Shown: positions 1 to 13,075, counted from the stretch's first letter. The stretch is 64,000 nt of DNA from Camelus ferus (GCF_009834535.1 NC_045696.1:111230001-111294000); one strand, 5' to 3'. Program-made: numbers and translations. The notes: a model not told the origin generated them from the sequence alone.

Positions 1-42
1 ACACAACAAACAAAACTATCTCTGGAGAAGCGTAATAGAGCC

Positions 43-231
43 CAGGGTTCTCAAACTCGGCCTCATTTACATTTTGGGCAGGTAATTGGAGGCTGTTCTA
101 GGCATTGTAGAATGTTTACAGCATCCCTGTCCTCTGCCTACTGGAGGTTTCGGTACCCCTGCTCCACCTCCACCCTCTCACATTGCCAGATGTCCCCTAG
201 AGAGAAAAATTGCTCCTGATTGAGAACCATC
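43..231. mobile_element. MER20 (hAT-Charlie MITE)
   Basis: Termini CAGGGTTCTCAA...TTGAGAACCA and internal motifs (cattgtagaatgtttacagcatccctg, cattgccagatgtcccct) match the recalled MER20 consensus. Confidence 0.85.
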
Positions 232-254
232 CAAGAAACCCAGGATAGTCTGTG

Positions 255-420
255 GAGTCAGGGCGGGGCCGCTGACTAGCTGCGTGTCTTGAGCAAGCTA
301 ACAAGCTGCTCTCAACCTGGGTTTAATCCAATGTGAAGTGGGAGTGATGCCCACCCTGCAGGATAGTTGTGATGATTTGGGTAGAGGGCCCTGAGGTAGC
401 GTAGATCCTGGCACATGAGT
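255..420 (+). mobile_element. MIR SINE relic
   Basis: actagctgcgtgtcttgagcaag...ggatagttgtgatgatt...cctggcacat resembles the MIR core. Confidence 0.55.
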
Positions 421-1342
421 CCACGTCGGTCACTGCTCTTCCTCCTTCTGGACTAAAGTACTTTCAAAAGTGGTTTGCATTCTTACGGGAAAAAGAGTGA
501 TTAAAGGACCATTTCATACAAATTAAGACAGGCAGTGTGGTTTAACTTCAAAGATCTAAGGTTGATAGAGAAAAAAACTAATTCCTTCTAATTGGAAAGG
601 ATGTCACTCCTACTTGTCCCCTTTCAGTTTTTACTAAATATTCTTTAGGGAAAATAGGATGGAAATTTACCCAGGCATTTAAAGTAACATTTTCTGAACA
701 CTTAAATGTGTACCAGATAACTGTTCCAGGCACTTAACATGGATTATCTGTAGGTACAGCCATCTCCAGTTCATAGATGAGGAATAGGAAGCAGAGAGAG
801 TTTAAGCAATTTCCCCCAAGTAACAGAAAATGAAGGGGTCTATTGGAAAATAGACAAGCCAGGTCAGCTTCTACAAAGACAGCTGGTGGTTTGGGAAAAC
901 GAATACCTAGAGAAATAGCCACAATGCACTGACAGCCCTTTGTTGGCCTGCCTGTAAAGTCCAGTCCTAGAGATACAATTTTGCCTCAAATTAAGACATT
1001 ATTGGCCCTAAGTATGGGAGATTTGCCCCACGTGCCATATGCAGTTCAAATTAAAATGATAAACAATATGAAATCAATGTAGGAAATCCCGAGAAAGTAC
1101 TAGTGGTTCCCATGATGAATATAGAGATAATCTTTTGGAAACATCAAATATCACATTTTTTCAAAAATATTTTCCCGTATGTAGTTTGTCTGTTGGGTAT
1201 GCAGTGCTGATAACTCTGAGCTCCTCAACCTCCTGCAAACGTCTTGATATTGAATCAATTATCTTGACCTTGATCTTGGAAGAAAGGGTTTATGAGCTTG
1301 GACTGGGGAACGTAGCTTCACTCTCTTAACTTTGATTCAGAT

Positions 1343-1561
1343 CAGGCATCAACAGACTTCTTCTGTAAAGGGCCAGAAAGTAAGTATATTAGGCTTCGTG
1401 GGCCATTTGGTCTTTGTCACAGAGACTCAAGTCTGTCACTGTAGTTCAAAAGCAGCCATAGACAAGATATAAACAATATATTAAACAGTTCCAGTAATAT
1501 TATATTCACAAAATAGGCAATGATCTAGATTTGGCCAGTGGACCATAGTTTGCCAGCCTCA
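1343..1561. mobile_element. MER58A (hAT-Charlie MITE)
   Basis: ttctgtaaagggccaga...aaagcagccatagacaa...catagtttgcc matches the recalled MER58A consensus. Confidence 0.85.
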
Positions 1562-1587
1562 GATCAAGGGCCCTCTTATGGAAGATG

Positions 1588-2182
1588 ATGCAAAATTACA
1601 CATAAAAACAATAGGGCTTATAGGGAAAAAAAGTAGGGTTAAGGGGACAACAACCCAAAATTCCATTAGTGACACAGAGAAAAAGATAGGAACCTAATCA
1701 AAGTGATGTTACAATTTACACATGTTAAATGGTTAAGGAGTACACAATGCTACAATAAATACAGCACTTTACCTTGAAAAAGACCTGAAGTTCCCCAGTA
1801 GAAATGTGCTTTGGAACCATCGTGCTTTGTGAGCTCCTGGGAAGTGGCAGAAAGAGGGTGATGTGGCAGAAAGAGGGTGATGTGAGATCACTGAGAAACT
1901 TGCAGCACTAGACGTGCATGCATGTGGCTCATAACACGTGTGATGACCTGAGGTAGCTGGTGGATGTGTGTGTGTGTGTGTGTGTGTGTGGGTAGGTGTG
2001 GGTGTGGCTCCTGCGTGGCTCCGTCCAACTCCGTGAAGCTTTCTGCACTCACCCAGTGCTTCTTGTGGCTGAAATCACACATGAGCAAGCACAAAATTCT
2101 GTTACCCTCAAACTGTTTCTTAATATATTAATAACATTGGAACAAATCTGAGGTTTCAAAACAAGTGTTATAGCAGAACCAA
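1588..2182 (-). mobile_element. MER82 (TcMar-Tigger) relic
   Basis: The reverse complement matches recalled MER82 motifs: ttctgctataacacttgttttgaaa, cttcaggtctttttcaaggtaaagtgc, ttaggttcctatcttttt. Confidence 0.75.
1965..1990. repeat. (TG)13 microsatellite inside MER82
   Basis: Directly visible. Confidence 0.95.
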
Positions 2183-2559
2183 TGCCTCACAGATGTCTCA
2201 GTGCCAACACATCACACTATGGTATGCCCAACTATTTTTCTTTGCAACGTCTTGCTTTCTCCATACATCTGTTGATACCGTCAACAGCTACCCAGCTGCC
2301 TCAAGAGAAACCTGGATGTGATTTTCAACCACCTCTCTCTCCCTCACTGCATCCAACTAGTCATCAGATACTGTGTCTTGAATTCATCCTCTCTTCTCCA
2401 TTGTGGGAACTGTGCATGTTCAAACTTACTATCTCTTGCCAAGACTCTCACAAGAGTCTCCCACCTGGTTTTCCTGTCTGTTTCCAGTTCCCTATGCCTG
2501 ATTTCTGGACAACCATCATAGTGAACACTTCCTTGCAGCCAGGCTCTCTAAGAGCAAAG

Positions 2560-2745
2560 GTACAGTTCCCACTGTCAGTATGAGCTTGGGCAACTTACCT
2601 AAGCTTCCCACCCCTCAGCGTCCTCATCTAGAAAATGGGAATGATAATAAATCTTGTGAAATAGGATTGTTGAGAGAATAAAATGTGTAAAGTTCTGAGC
2701 GAAGCATCTAGTAAATCACAGGTTCTCGGTGAATGGTGGTTATGA
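2560..2745 (+). mobile_element. MIR SINE
   Basis: ttgggcaacttacctaagc...cctcagcgtcctcatctagaaaatgggaatgataata (MIR core). Confidence 0.75.
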
Positions 2746-2879
2746 TCAATATCATCATTATAGCTGTCAATGGTGTTGTATTAGAATCATTGTTACTGCC
2801 ATCATCAGAATATCATCATCCCAGGAGGATTTCCCCAAGCTGAGAAACTGGACTTTATTCTTTATTTCTTTCTTATCTT

Positions 2880-3090
2880 TAATTTTTATTTTTTGCATTT
2901 TTAAAATTTACAATGTTATATTAGTTTCTGGTGTACAGCCTAATGATTGAATTATATATATATAATTGAATATATATTTGAATATATAATATGTAATTGA
3001 ATATATATATATATATATACACACACACATTCTTTTTCATATTCGTTTTCATTATAGGTTACTACAAGCCCTTGAATATAGCTGCCTATA
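2880..3090 (-). mobile_element. L1 3' end fragment with (AT)n/(AC)n expansion
   Basis: ttagtttctggtgtacagc...attataggttactacaag...tgaatatag is typical of an antisense laurasiatherian L1 3'UTR. Confidence 0.7.
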
Positions 3091-4399
3091 AACTGGAGTG
3101 CTTGAGAACAGTCTAGAGGTAGAAAAGGAATAGCCAGGAATAGGAAATGATATTTTTAAAAAATCATTGTTTCTTTTTAGGAGGAAGAGTATACGCAGAG
3201 AAGAGGATGTTGTACAGAGACTTTCCAAACCAGTGGCAGCCAAGACCATCCTGCTATAGGGAGCCTCCGTGGGTAACGGAGTTGGACTGACCTAGCGGGC
3301 TACCTGCCCCCATCCCAGGGAGCACCCCGCAGCCCACAGCAGCCCAAGCCAGCGTGTGCAAAGCCGACTCTCATACATCCTGCTTTCTTGTGTCTTCACT
3401 ATCGTGAAGGAGATGTAACCCAGCCTGCTTGAGCCGAGGCATCATAATGTCAGCCTCACGTTTCATTCAGCGAAATCCCTCCCAGTGTGACTCAGCCCCA
3501 GAGCATTTCTGAAAATGCATTTGGCATTAGCAACTGCAAGTCCAGTCTCTGGGATGTTCTTGCCACACAGATGTGACCTGCAAACAGCACATGGGAGAGA
3601 CCCACTAAAGACAGGTTGTTCATCCTGAGAGCCTGGGGGATGCTCTGTCTGGGTCATGTAGGTATCAGCATGGGTCAGGCAGGGTCAGGCACCACGTCTC
3701 CATTTGGCAGACCAGGTAGGGACAGGCTCGGTGCAGCATTGCTTAATGGGGATGGGGATGGAGAGGCTACGGATGGAGTGGCAATGGCCCGAGGGCACTG
3801 TCCTTTCCCAGAACTTGCTCAAACTGCTTTCTGCTACAGCAGAGGGTGTGTGGCTAAGAGCTGGCAAAATGCACTAACACCTAGTTCCTAACCTGGGGAG
3901 ATCGGTGCTTTAACTATTAGTCACCAAGCACTGAAATATGACAGGAAAGAGAGATATTGGCAGCGTTTCTCCCTCACACTGGAGAGAATGCAACCAATAT
4001 CCCGTGACGATGGAGACTTGGCAGTTGAACACCGCCCAACATCCACGCCCTGTGCAGAGATGGCTCTGAGGTTCCCTGCAATGTCTCCAGAGTCCCCGAA
4101 AGGCTGAGCCCCAGGCACCCGCCTCAGGACCCTGGTAGATAATAAGACAGCTTCTCCCGGTGGCTGTCTTCCCCCTGCCTCACCCCTGCCACCCTAACCT
4201 TGCTCTCAGGTTCCCCCTGTCAAGTAAAACACTTGCCCTCCATCTCCGTCTCACTCCTTTGGAAGGAATTGCCTGCTACAACCAGGGTCAACTTGAAAAA
4301 TAAAATCTGGCCATGGAAACTTTTTTCAAAGGGCAGGCAGAAAGTTTCAGACATTTATCAAAAACTTAACAGGAGCCAGGTTCTCTGCCTGGCGCCTGC

Positions 4400-4800
4400 C
4401 CTGGGGCAGGCCTGGGACCGCGCTGTCTGCCTGCCCTCAGCGCCCGCCCCTGCACACGGAGCTGCTCACCACAGATCCCTCCAGCTCCTGCTCAGAACTG
4501 AGTGATCGAGAAGCAACTCTCAATGGCAGTGGATGGCAACCAGGGGATGAGTAAATCCCTCAGCCGCCAGAGACACGGCTTTCAGGCACGTCTTACCCAG
4601 TTTCCCAAAGGGCCCCAGAGGTCTGAGTCTCCAGTCCCCACAGACGTATCCTGACCGCTAGACCACACCTGGGAGCCGCCTGGGCCCGCCTCTTCCACCT
4701 CCTGAGCCCCCAGCAGTGCACTTGGGACCACCTCCCAGACAACGGTTCATATTCAGATTCTTGCTGCAGGATCTACTTCTGAGGGAGGCATACGCATGAC
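4400..4800 (+). mobile_element. LTR16-like ERVL LTR relic
   Basis: The 3' part, tgggaccacctcccagacaac...ttcttgctgcaggatctacttctgaggga, resembles the LTR16 3' end. Confidence 0.5.
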
Positions 4801-4879
4801 AAATTATACCTCTCATTTGATGCTAATGATAAACAGCCAAGTCAGGTAATATAATATTGATAATGATTACTTCCTCTTC

Positions 4880-5150
4880 TAAGAGCTTTTTACGTATTAG
4901 CTCATCTCATTCTCACATCACCATAATGATCTGGGTGTTGATATTATCTCCATTAAAGATAAATTGTACAGCAAGACATAAAACATCAATTGTCTTGCCC
5001 AAAGTCACACAACTGGCTAGGAGAGGAACCAGGATTCTCAGCCAGGCAGCCTGGCTATTTTTTCCTATAAGGAATCAAGGTTCAGAGAAGTTAATTAACT
5101 TGCCAAAGGTCACACAGATGGCAAGCAACAAGGCTGAGATGAGAACCCAT
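4880..5150 (-). mobile_element. Two MIR fragments
   Basis: cttgcccaaagtcacacaactgg and ggttcagagaagttaattaacttgccaaaggtcacacag are antisense MIR cores. Confidence 0.7.
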
Positions 5151-5757
5151 GGCTGTCGGCAACCGTTGCATTTTGCCTGCTGTAATTAACAAAATTCTCC
5201 TGCAGGCCCCTGAATGCATTCAGCCTGGTTCTCTGGGGGAACAAGACTGGTCATGTCAGCTGGAGCCCCATTCAGTGACAGTTTGCTTCCTTCCGCCCAA
5301 CAATCCTGTGCAGAGAAGAAAATCAACCCTGTGGGTAGAATCGGAGGGAATCACCCAGCCACCGCGGAGCCTGACACTGCCCACACTCCCACCAGGATGT
5401 TTTCCAAAACGTGAAATTCCTCAACAAGAAATAAAAGAAGATTTTGCTTTGAACGTTTCTGACCCTTGATCCTACCAGAATACATGCTGTTTGATGAATT
5501 TATTCTTCTTCCAAAGAAAGGGGAAAAAGAATAAGGTTTGGGCTTTAAGAAAACATCAAAGCCTTCTTTGAAAAGCATCAAAGGTTTTCAGAATTCTTCT
5601 CTGCATCTCCCCTGTATCACTAACCACAAGTGTAAGAAGAAAACGCTTGAGTGCTAGCACACGGCAGCGGGATGCTCTGGCACTTCTCAGCTGCGCAAAT
5701 TTAGCAAAATCCCTTCACCTCTCAGCCTGACTCTTCGCAAAGTGAGGGCCGTAATGG

Positions 5758-6415
5758 TGAAACTAAGAAGCACCCTCTGGGGCCTTCCTGGGGCAGCCCC
5801 CAACGGCCTCTGCCTGCCTCTTGTTTGTAGATAAGTTTTGGTCTCTCAGGCCTCCTCTGAGTCACAAAAGTCCGGCTCAAGAATTAATGATTGAAAGGAT
5901 GTGAACATACAATGACAAAAGCAGCAGCTGGGCCAGGAGAACTGGTGACAATTGAAACAGTAAATCGGCCATATAGCACTCACAGAATCTTTAGTTCCTC
6001 CCTGAAGGACCCAGATAGTGTCTGATACATATTCCTGAGTTGCTTTGCAGATACTAAAACCCCCACCAAATGGAAGAAGTTAACTGCATGATGACCATGA
6101 GCACGTAGCCCCCAGACTGCCAGAGCCTGAGGATTGAGGATGTTAACCCCTGTGACACCCCTCTGTTATCTCACCATCAACCAATCAGAGAAATGTGCAC
6201 TAGCTGATCATGCACCCTGCGACCGTCTCCCTCACCTTGCCTTTAAAAACGCTCCCCTGAAACCCATTGGGGAGTTGGGTCTCTTGAGCATGAGGCAACC
6301 GTGCTCCTTGCTCAGCTCCTGAAACAAACACTGCACTTTCCTTCACCGCTACCTGGTGTCAGTAGGTTGGCTTTATTACGTGCAGGTGAGTGGATCCAAG
6401 TTTGGTTTGGTGACA
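5758..6415 (+). mobile_element. ERV1-class solo LTR inserted in a MIR relic
   Basis: TG...CA termini (TGAAACTAAG...GGTGACA), CCAAT at 6181 and TTTAAAA at 6242. The 5' module is shared with the LTRs at 21707 and 63290. No clear TSD. Confidence 0.8.
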
Positions 6416-6559
6416 GGAGAGCTGGCTCTGGCAGCCTAAGGTGAGGATCATAACGGGGCAAGGCGTAGGAAAGATTTGGCAAACGTGATGCTATAACATA
6501 CTAGGGAACTGCAATATTGCAAAGCAAGTTGTGTGCACCTCCTCTTAATTCTGCCAGAA

Positions 6560-6900
6560 TTAATTAATGCAACAAATATTTCTGGAGTATATGTGAGATG
6601 CTGGACAGCATTCTAGGTGCTGAGGACACGGGGTAAATAAAACACTTTCTTGCCACACATCCTAGTATAGACAAAATAAGTAAATATTCAGTTTGTTAGA
6701 GGTGCTAAGTCCTGAGGGGAAAAGAAAAGAAGAAAGGCTAGAAGTATTGGGGGCAATAGTTGCATTTTTAGATAAAGCGGCTCAGATCTCACTGAGAGGA
6801 TGACATTTGGGTAAAACCTTAAGGAGGTGAGAGTACAGACCATGAAGGAACAGCTTGGGCAGGAGGTCAGGCAGTCTGGGGTTCCAAGAAGCACACTTTG
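6560..6900 (-). mobile_element. L2 3' end relic
   Basis: caacaaatatttctggag...cattctaggtgctgaggacac...ctcactgagaggatgacatttggg is an antisense L2 tail. Confidence 0.65.
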
Positions 6901-7043
6901 GTAAGCACTGCCCTGGTGGCCAGCCCCAGCTCATTACACCTTCTCTCTCCGTGGCTGTGGTCCTTGGGAGCAAGCAGAGAGTGTCTCTGTCCAGCAAAGA
7001 GAAAAGTGACCTTAGCTGACCCCGATTCTGAGAATGCTGTAAC

Positions 7044-7543
7044 TTATGGGGTCCAGGACATGCTACCCCAGTATTAATACCTTGAGCATATTAATATCTT
7101 CAGCTGAAGGACTTTGTTTAAATGGCAGAAACCAAAATATCACTCTGGCCCACCCCTCACCCTTCTTTCAAGAATGCAGGAGGTAAGTCTCCCCTGTGAA
7201 GGGTGCCCGGCCCCCAAGACATTCTTACCAGCAGAGGCAGGGAATCTGGGGCTGAGAAATCTGTGCAAATAACCCTTATGCTCCTAGTTACTTCTTCGTT
7301 TATAACCTCCAGCCCCAATCTTTTTGCAGTTCTTTAACAAATGTATTGTTTCTTTGTCTAAAAGCAAAAACCTTCTGCTCTGGTTACTCCTTTGGGTCTT
7401 CATTCTCTTGTGAAGACTCCCATGCGCATGTGAAAATTCAAGGAAATGTGCATGCTTTTCTCCTAATCTGTCTTTGTCAGTTTCATTTTCAGACCCAGCC
7501 AGGGACCCTAAGAGAACTGAGGGAAACCGTTCCGTCCCTTAGA
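7044..7543 (+). mobile_element. MER34-like ERV1 solo LTR
   Basis: Start ggggtccaggacatgctacccc and end gggaccctaagagaactgagggaaaccgttccgtccctt; related to the LTR at 21264. Confidence 0.7.
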
Positions 7544-8402
7544 TAAGCCACTTGCAATCTAACAGTTTGTCTTATGTGGAACCCCAGTCTGAGAAACCTG
7601 AGAAAACAAATGAAAAAGTGTGCGTGAAACTGGCAGATTGACGGAACCATTCTGCAAAACCTGCTACCATCGCAAGACTCTTGAACTCCCATTAGGACTG
7701 TAGTCATCACGCAGAGGGCAAGTGTGGAGCTGGGAGTCCTCCCCAGCACGGTCTGCACAGGGAAGCCCTGCTTTCCAGCGAGCTGCTTCTGACCACGGGG
7801 AAGTCAGCAGCATCCTTGGTGCTGTAGGAGCCATGAGCAGCTCCGCAGCGTCCTGTGCATCGCAGAGCCGCGAGGAGGGCAGCCTGTCCCCAACAGCACA
7901 GAAGCATCAGGGTGTCATTAGCAACCCCAGATGATGGAGCTGGCCTAAGACTGCATCGGCACCCCCTGAGGGTCACTTAGATGCAGATCGTTCATCCGCA
8001 GGCGCTCTGCTGGACTGCAGTTTGTACGTGGAGACCATGAAGCAGAGCATGAGCAGAAGTCCCAGGGGATGCATTTGGCCTGAGCTTTATCTACCAAGCA
8101 CTGGGCACAGGTTGCCATGCTGGGCTTTATAATCTTTTTCCTTCCAGTGAAGCAAGAATAAGGGATTAAATGTGTTTTTGCTATTCTGGGATGTGTCCTT
8201 GCAACTCAGAGATGAGGAAAGATGCAGAGAGTAGGACCAGGCTTCTAACCCCATGCACGTCTAGCCAGAGGGCAAACTCTCTGTGCTTCAGTGTTTCTCT
8301 CTGTACAATGGGAAGCTATTTCCTCATCTCTAATAAAAATATTCTTGAGGATAAACCGTCTATGTTGTAAGTAATAATTATGTTATTTAAAATGAGATTT
8401 TT

Positions 8403-8811
8403 TGATAGTCAGGTGCAGACACAAAATAACACGAGAGAGGTGTAAGAAAGTGAGACATTTATTACACTTGCAGGTCCTAGCGGAGGAAGGCAGTGCACAC
8501 GGTGCAGGGGCCACGTGGCAGGAGGGACCCGGCAGGAGACTCAACCCAACAGGTGGGGAGCCAGGGGAGAGCAAGGACCTGTGGGCAAGTGCCTTTACTG
8601 GGGCTCAGGGTGGAGGCAGGAGCAAAGAAGGGAGGGAACTTCACTGGTGCATCTGAATGTCACTAGGTCACAGCAGGGGAGGGCAGGAGGGGAACTTGTG
8701 GCAGGGACCAGCCCTCTAACACTAGCGCATCTGGTCCCTGGGAGAGGTGCTCACAGCCTGCTTGTGGAGGTGCCGAAGCTATAGGTAAACAGGAGGTTTT
8801 TAAAATTTACA
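8403..8811 (-). mobile_element. ERVL-class LTR (MER74/MER54/LTR53 group)
   Basis: gcaagtgcctttactgggg...gaatgtcactaggtcacagc...tttttaaaatttaca; the exact subfamily is uncertain. Confidence 0.6.
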
Positions 8812-9029
8812 ACCCAACATCCTTAAGGAGAAAAGATCTTTTTCATGTCTACCTGAGCAGGACATCCCTCTAAGGTATGGGCTGTCATGCAAAAACTTTC
8901 CAGGTCCCGCTGGAAAGCTGAAAAATCTCTCCAAAAAATCCACACCAAATGTAGATTAAGAGGTGTTTTTAAAGCTGTTTAGATTAATATCTGGTGTTCC
9001 TTTAAATTAATTAAGAATTAATGAGCACT

Positions 9030-9230
9030 GAAGTATCACTAACCCTCGGCAATCCCAGTGTTAAGTGTGCCACACAGATTTCCCCCATTTAATCCTATCT
9101 CTATGAGGTAGGAATTATGAGATAAAACTGAAATTTTTAAATGAGAAAGCTGCAGCTCAGACAAGGAAAGAGCCCACAGAGGTCACACTGCAAGAAAGTG
9201 GCAATGCCAGCCCCGTCTGTTTAATTTCAA
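9030..9230 (-). mobile_element. MIR SINE
   Basis: ccatttaatcct...ctatgaggtagg...atgagaaagctgcagctcaga...ggtcacactgcaagaaagtggca. Confidence 0.65.
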
Positions 9231-9239
9231 CTGCAAGGC

Positions 9240-9745
9240 TGTACTAGTTAACTATTTCTGCATAAAAAAATTACTCCTAAATTTAGCAGTTTAAAATAAC
9301 CAACACTGATGATCTCACTCAGTTTCTGAGGGTTAGGAGTCTGGGAGAGCCTCAGAGGGGTGGTTCTGGTTGAGAATCACTCTAGATGCTGCAGTTAGAA
9401 TGCTTCCCGGGGCTGGAGTCAACCCATTGCTTCACTGGATTAGAAGATCCAAACTCCCTCACACGGGTTCTGGCAGGAAACTTCAGCTCCTCACCGTGTA
9501 GACCTGTCCGTGGAGCTGCTTGCAATCAATGTGACAGCTGCCTTCTTCAGAGCGAATGATCTGAGAGAGAGAAGCTGACCAAGATGAATGCTCTAGGGCA
9601 TGGCTAATCTAATCTCAGAAGTGACAGTCATTTTTGTCATAAAATGTTACTGCTCGCAGAGGTAGAACATGAGGGCGCTGTAGCAGGGTGTCCCTCCCAG
9701 GAGGCAGACAGGCTCATGGGCTGCCTTGGATGTTGGGTTTAATTG
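9240..9745 (-). mobile_element. MLT1 (MaLR) LTR, MLT1F-like
   Basis: tgtactagttaactatttctgcata...aaatttagcagtttaaaataac...cagtttctgagggttaggagtctggga is the antisense MLT1 3' end. Confidence 0.75.
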
Positions 9746-10929
9746 CATACCAGAGCTTGATGTCATCACTGGAAAGGGGACCCAGCAGCCACTGTGACTC
9801 GAGGTGTCCCTACAGCTTCATACCTGGCTGAAGAATGTGGGGGAAGGCTTTTCCAGGCATCTTCTCCTTAATAAGACACCAGGAAAAAGGGGAAGAGGAG
9901 GGTTACCTAAAATTGGTTTTTTTCACATCATTCACGGTGCCTCTGATAACATTAATTGGGTGCCATAGGTTGAAAGTAGTTAATCCTTCTCAGGACACAC
10001 ACGCCCATTTTTGACAAGAGGTAGAAAGAGACAGAAGAGAAAGCGAGAACTTACATTTCCCTGGACACAGACTCGCCATCACATTTAGTACAGCTTTTCT
10101 CATAACATGGAGGACATGATCCAGCTTGGGACTAAGGAAACCCAGTGAAAGAGATGGAGAAGTGAACCCTGGGTGTTGGAATTATTCCACAGCATCAACA
10201 AATGATAAACTCCCGCTGCTCCTCAAACAGATCAGTAACCACAACTGCACTCAGCCCCTTAAAGATGGCAGTTGGAGTTGAGAGCATGTCTAGGAGAGTC
10301 ATCTTCATTTTGAAACATGAATAAGCTACACAAATGGAGCCTGCAGGGGCTAAAGCATCAGATGAGCGAGCCTCGGAGCCAGGGCGGAGTGTATCAGGGG
10401 TTCCAAGAAATCATTTATTTATTCACTCCTTCAACCAGCTCTTAGGTAGTGTTGAATATGAGACAGCTGCTAAGCATTTGGGGGCATATTAAAATATATT
10501 AAAGCACAAACCCTTCTTTTCAGAAGTGGGATATTATTGATTGATTCCCTTAGATGTGCCAGACAGACTTCACTCAATCACTTATTTGTTCATTCCCCAA
10601 ACACTTCTATATCAGGCACTGTGCTAGACGCTGTTGTGGCAAAGATAAATCAGTTATTCTCCTGAGTTCACAGTCTTGTGAAGGATTAGGATTGAAGTGG
10701 ATCCAGAATGATAAGAAAAAAAAAAAAAAGAAAGAAAGAAAAAAGGAGGTACAAAATTCAGTTTGAGAAAGAGGAGAGAGGGATGAGTTTCAAGAGGAAG
10801 TGAACTTGCAGTGGAATCTTAAACAGAGAGTTTAAATCATTTTTTAAATACACATCTATATAACTGACTTTCCATCTATCTATCCATTAAGGGATGTGCC
10901 CATTAGGGATTAAGATTACACTCAGGGGG

Positions 10930-11135
10930 GCTCTGGCTTGAATCCCAGCTCTGCCACTCATTAGCTGTGCAACCGTGGGCAAGTGAGTCTCTTGCTGCCT
11001 CATTTCCTCATCTGTAAAATGGGGATAATAAGAGAAATGAGTCACTGTGGTCATTATGAGAATTAAATGGCTGAGTATCTGCAAAGTGCTCAAAAGAGTG
11101 CCTAGCATAAATAAGCTTTAATTGAGAATTAGTTA
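10930..11135 (+). mobile_element. MIR SINE (well preserved)
   Basis: tgaatcccagctctgccact...gcctcatttcctcatctgtaaaatggggataataa...agagtgcctagcata. Confidence 0.9.
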
Positions 11136-12654
11136 CTTCCATCTACAGAGAGAGTAAAATTTTCCATCGGAACGCCTCACAGTTCTGTTCCTGGGTCTTG
11201 GGAATTAAAATCAGGGTGTATGAAAGGGGAAGTCAAGACACCGGTGTTGAGAAGGTCTGCGGGGATGACGTGAGGAGTCTTTATTGCTAACCAGTGGGAA
11301 AAGCCAGAGTTGAGAGCTTTTGTCCAGAAGCAGGAACAAGAGCCAAGCATCTCAGATCTTCAAGGGATCAGAAGCTTTGAGAAGGAAGCTGTTGTACCGA
11401 TCAGTTCAGGGACGCTCCGGCTTCAGAGGCTGCAGCCTGGAGGTGCAGGAGCGCCTTTTTAGTCCGCAGCAGCCTTCTCCTGGGCAGAAGATGGCAAATA
11501 ACACCTGTGCTGGCTGAGTCTCCATGTCGTCATCATTTTCCCCTCTCTCACCCTCTCCCTGTGGGTGACCCAGAGGCTGCACCCCCGGGGAAACTGAGGT
11601 TGCAGTCGGTGTAGCCAGGTAGCCAAGTAACCACTCTACAAAGGATGAAGTGGGAAATCTGATTTGTAGCAAAAGAGATGAAACAAATTGTTATGGCACT
11701 GTGTCTACCATGTGGTATCATGCTATATATGTCTCATTCCATGTCATTTCGCTCCAAACCAGCCTCCCGAGGAAGCTATTATTGTGGTTCCTATTTTAGG
11801 ATGAATGAGGAGATATTCAGACCAGTTAATAACTTTCCCAATGTTATTGTTAGCAATGGGAAGAACTCGATTTTGAGCCTAGATCTACATGACTCTGAAG
11901 CAAGTGCTTGTAATGACTGTGATGTGTTGTAGCAGATCTAAGGAGTTACAAAATTTCAGAAATGGGATAGAGGGAGAGACGGTGAGAACTTCCCCAGAGA
12001 GGGGTGATCTGAGTTGAGTATTAAAGATGGGCAGGGCTTTACGTGTGGAAAAGATAAAGCAGGTCATTTGAGACCAAGAAATGTTAAAATCTCTAAAGGG
12101 CACTGGAGCCTTGAACTTCCCAGGGAAATGGGGAGGGGTCTGATGTGGCTAAATCTTGGGGAGGTGGTGGGAGATAAAGGTAGCTAGGGTCAAGGTCAAG
12201 AAGGGACATCTTCAACCTGACAGAAATGCCAGCCCATCTCTAGGGGCAGTGGTGGGCTGGGAGGATGGAGAAAGTCCTAGGATGCACCTCACATAGGAAA
12301 CGTTCCACCACATCAGCCTTTTGCCCGTAGTTTGATGCTGAGTTCCTGCATCACTGTCTGAAGACAGGGACACGGAAGTGTAGACACCGCAAGGGGCACA
12401 GCCACTGGGGTGCGAGGATGGGAAATGGGCAGCAGGGGAGAACACAGGGAGGAGCTGAACCTCAGACTTGAGCCTGGTGGCTCAAGAGGCAGAGAGGGGA
12501 CTGGATCTGCCAGGAAGGCGTCCCTTCTCGCTCCTGAGGGCAACACAGATGATGCCCCACAGCGAGGCCAGTCTGGACCCAGCCATTCCACAGAGAGCCG
12601 GCGTTTTACTGAGTTCATGGAGGTATCAAGGGTAGCATTTTTCTTCTCTCTATA

Positions 12655-13075
12655 TATTTTATTTTTTTAATTGAAGTACAGCCAGTTACAATGTGTCGAT
12701 TTCTGGTGTACAGCACAATGTCCCAGTCATGCATATACATGCATATATTTGTTTTCATGTTTTTCATTAAAGATTATAAGATATTAAGCATAGTTCCCTG
12801 TGGTATACAGAGGAAACTTTTTTTAAAATCTATTTTTTATATATAGTGGCTAACATTTGTAAATTTCAAACTCCTAAATTTATCCCTTCCTGCCCCTTTC
12901 CCCAGTAACCAATGAGGGTTTACTATGTCTGTGAGTCTGTTTCTGTTTTGTAGATGAGTTTATAGTGTCTTTTTTTTTTTTTTTTTAGATTCCACATATG
13001 AATGACATCATATGGTATTTTTCTTTCTCTTTCTGGCTTACTTCACTTAGAATGACGTCTGGGTTCATCCATGTT
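12655..13075 (-). mobile_element. Young lineage L1 3' end (5'-truncated)
   Basis: T-rich tail, then ttgaagtacagccagttacaatgtgtc...tagattccacatatgaatgacatcatatggtattttt; closely similar to 30050-30490. Confidence 0.85.

Noticed and set aside
6545..6563. Palindrome TTAATTCTG-C-CAGAATTAA
   Set aside because: The 9-bp AT-rich arms sit at an L2 tail and have no supporting context.
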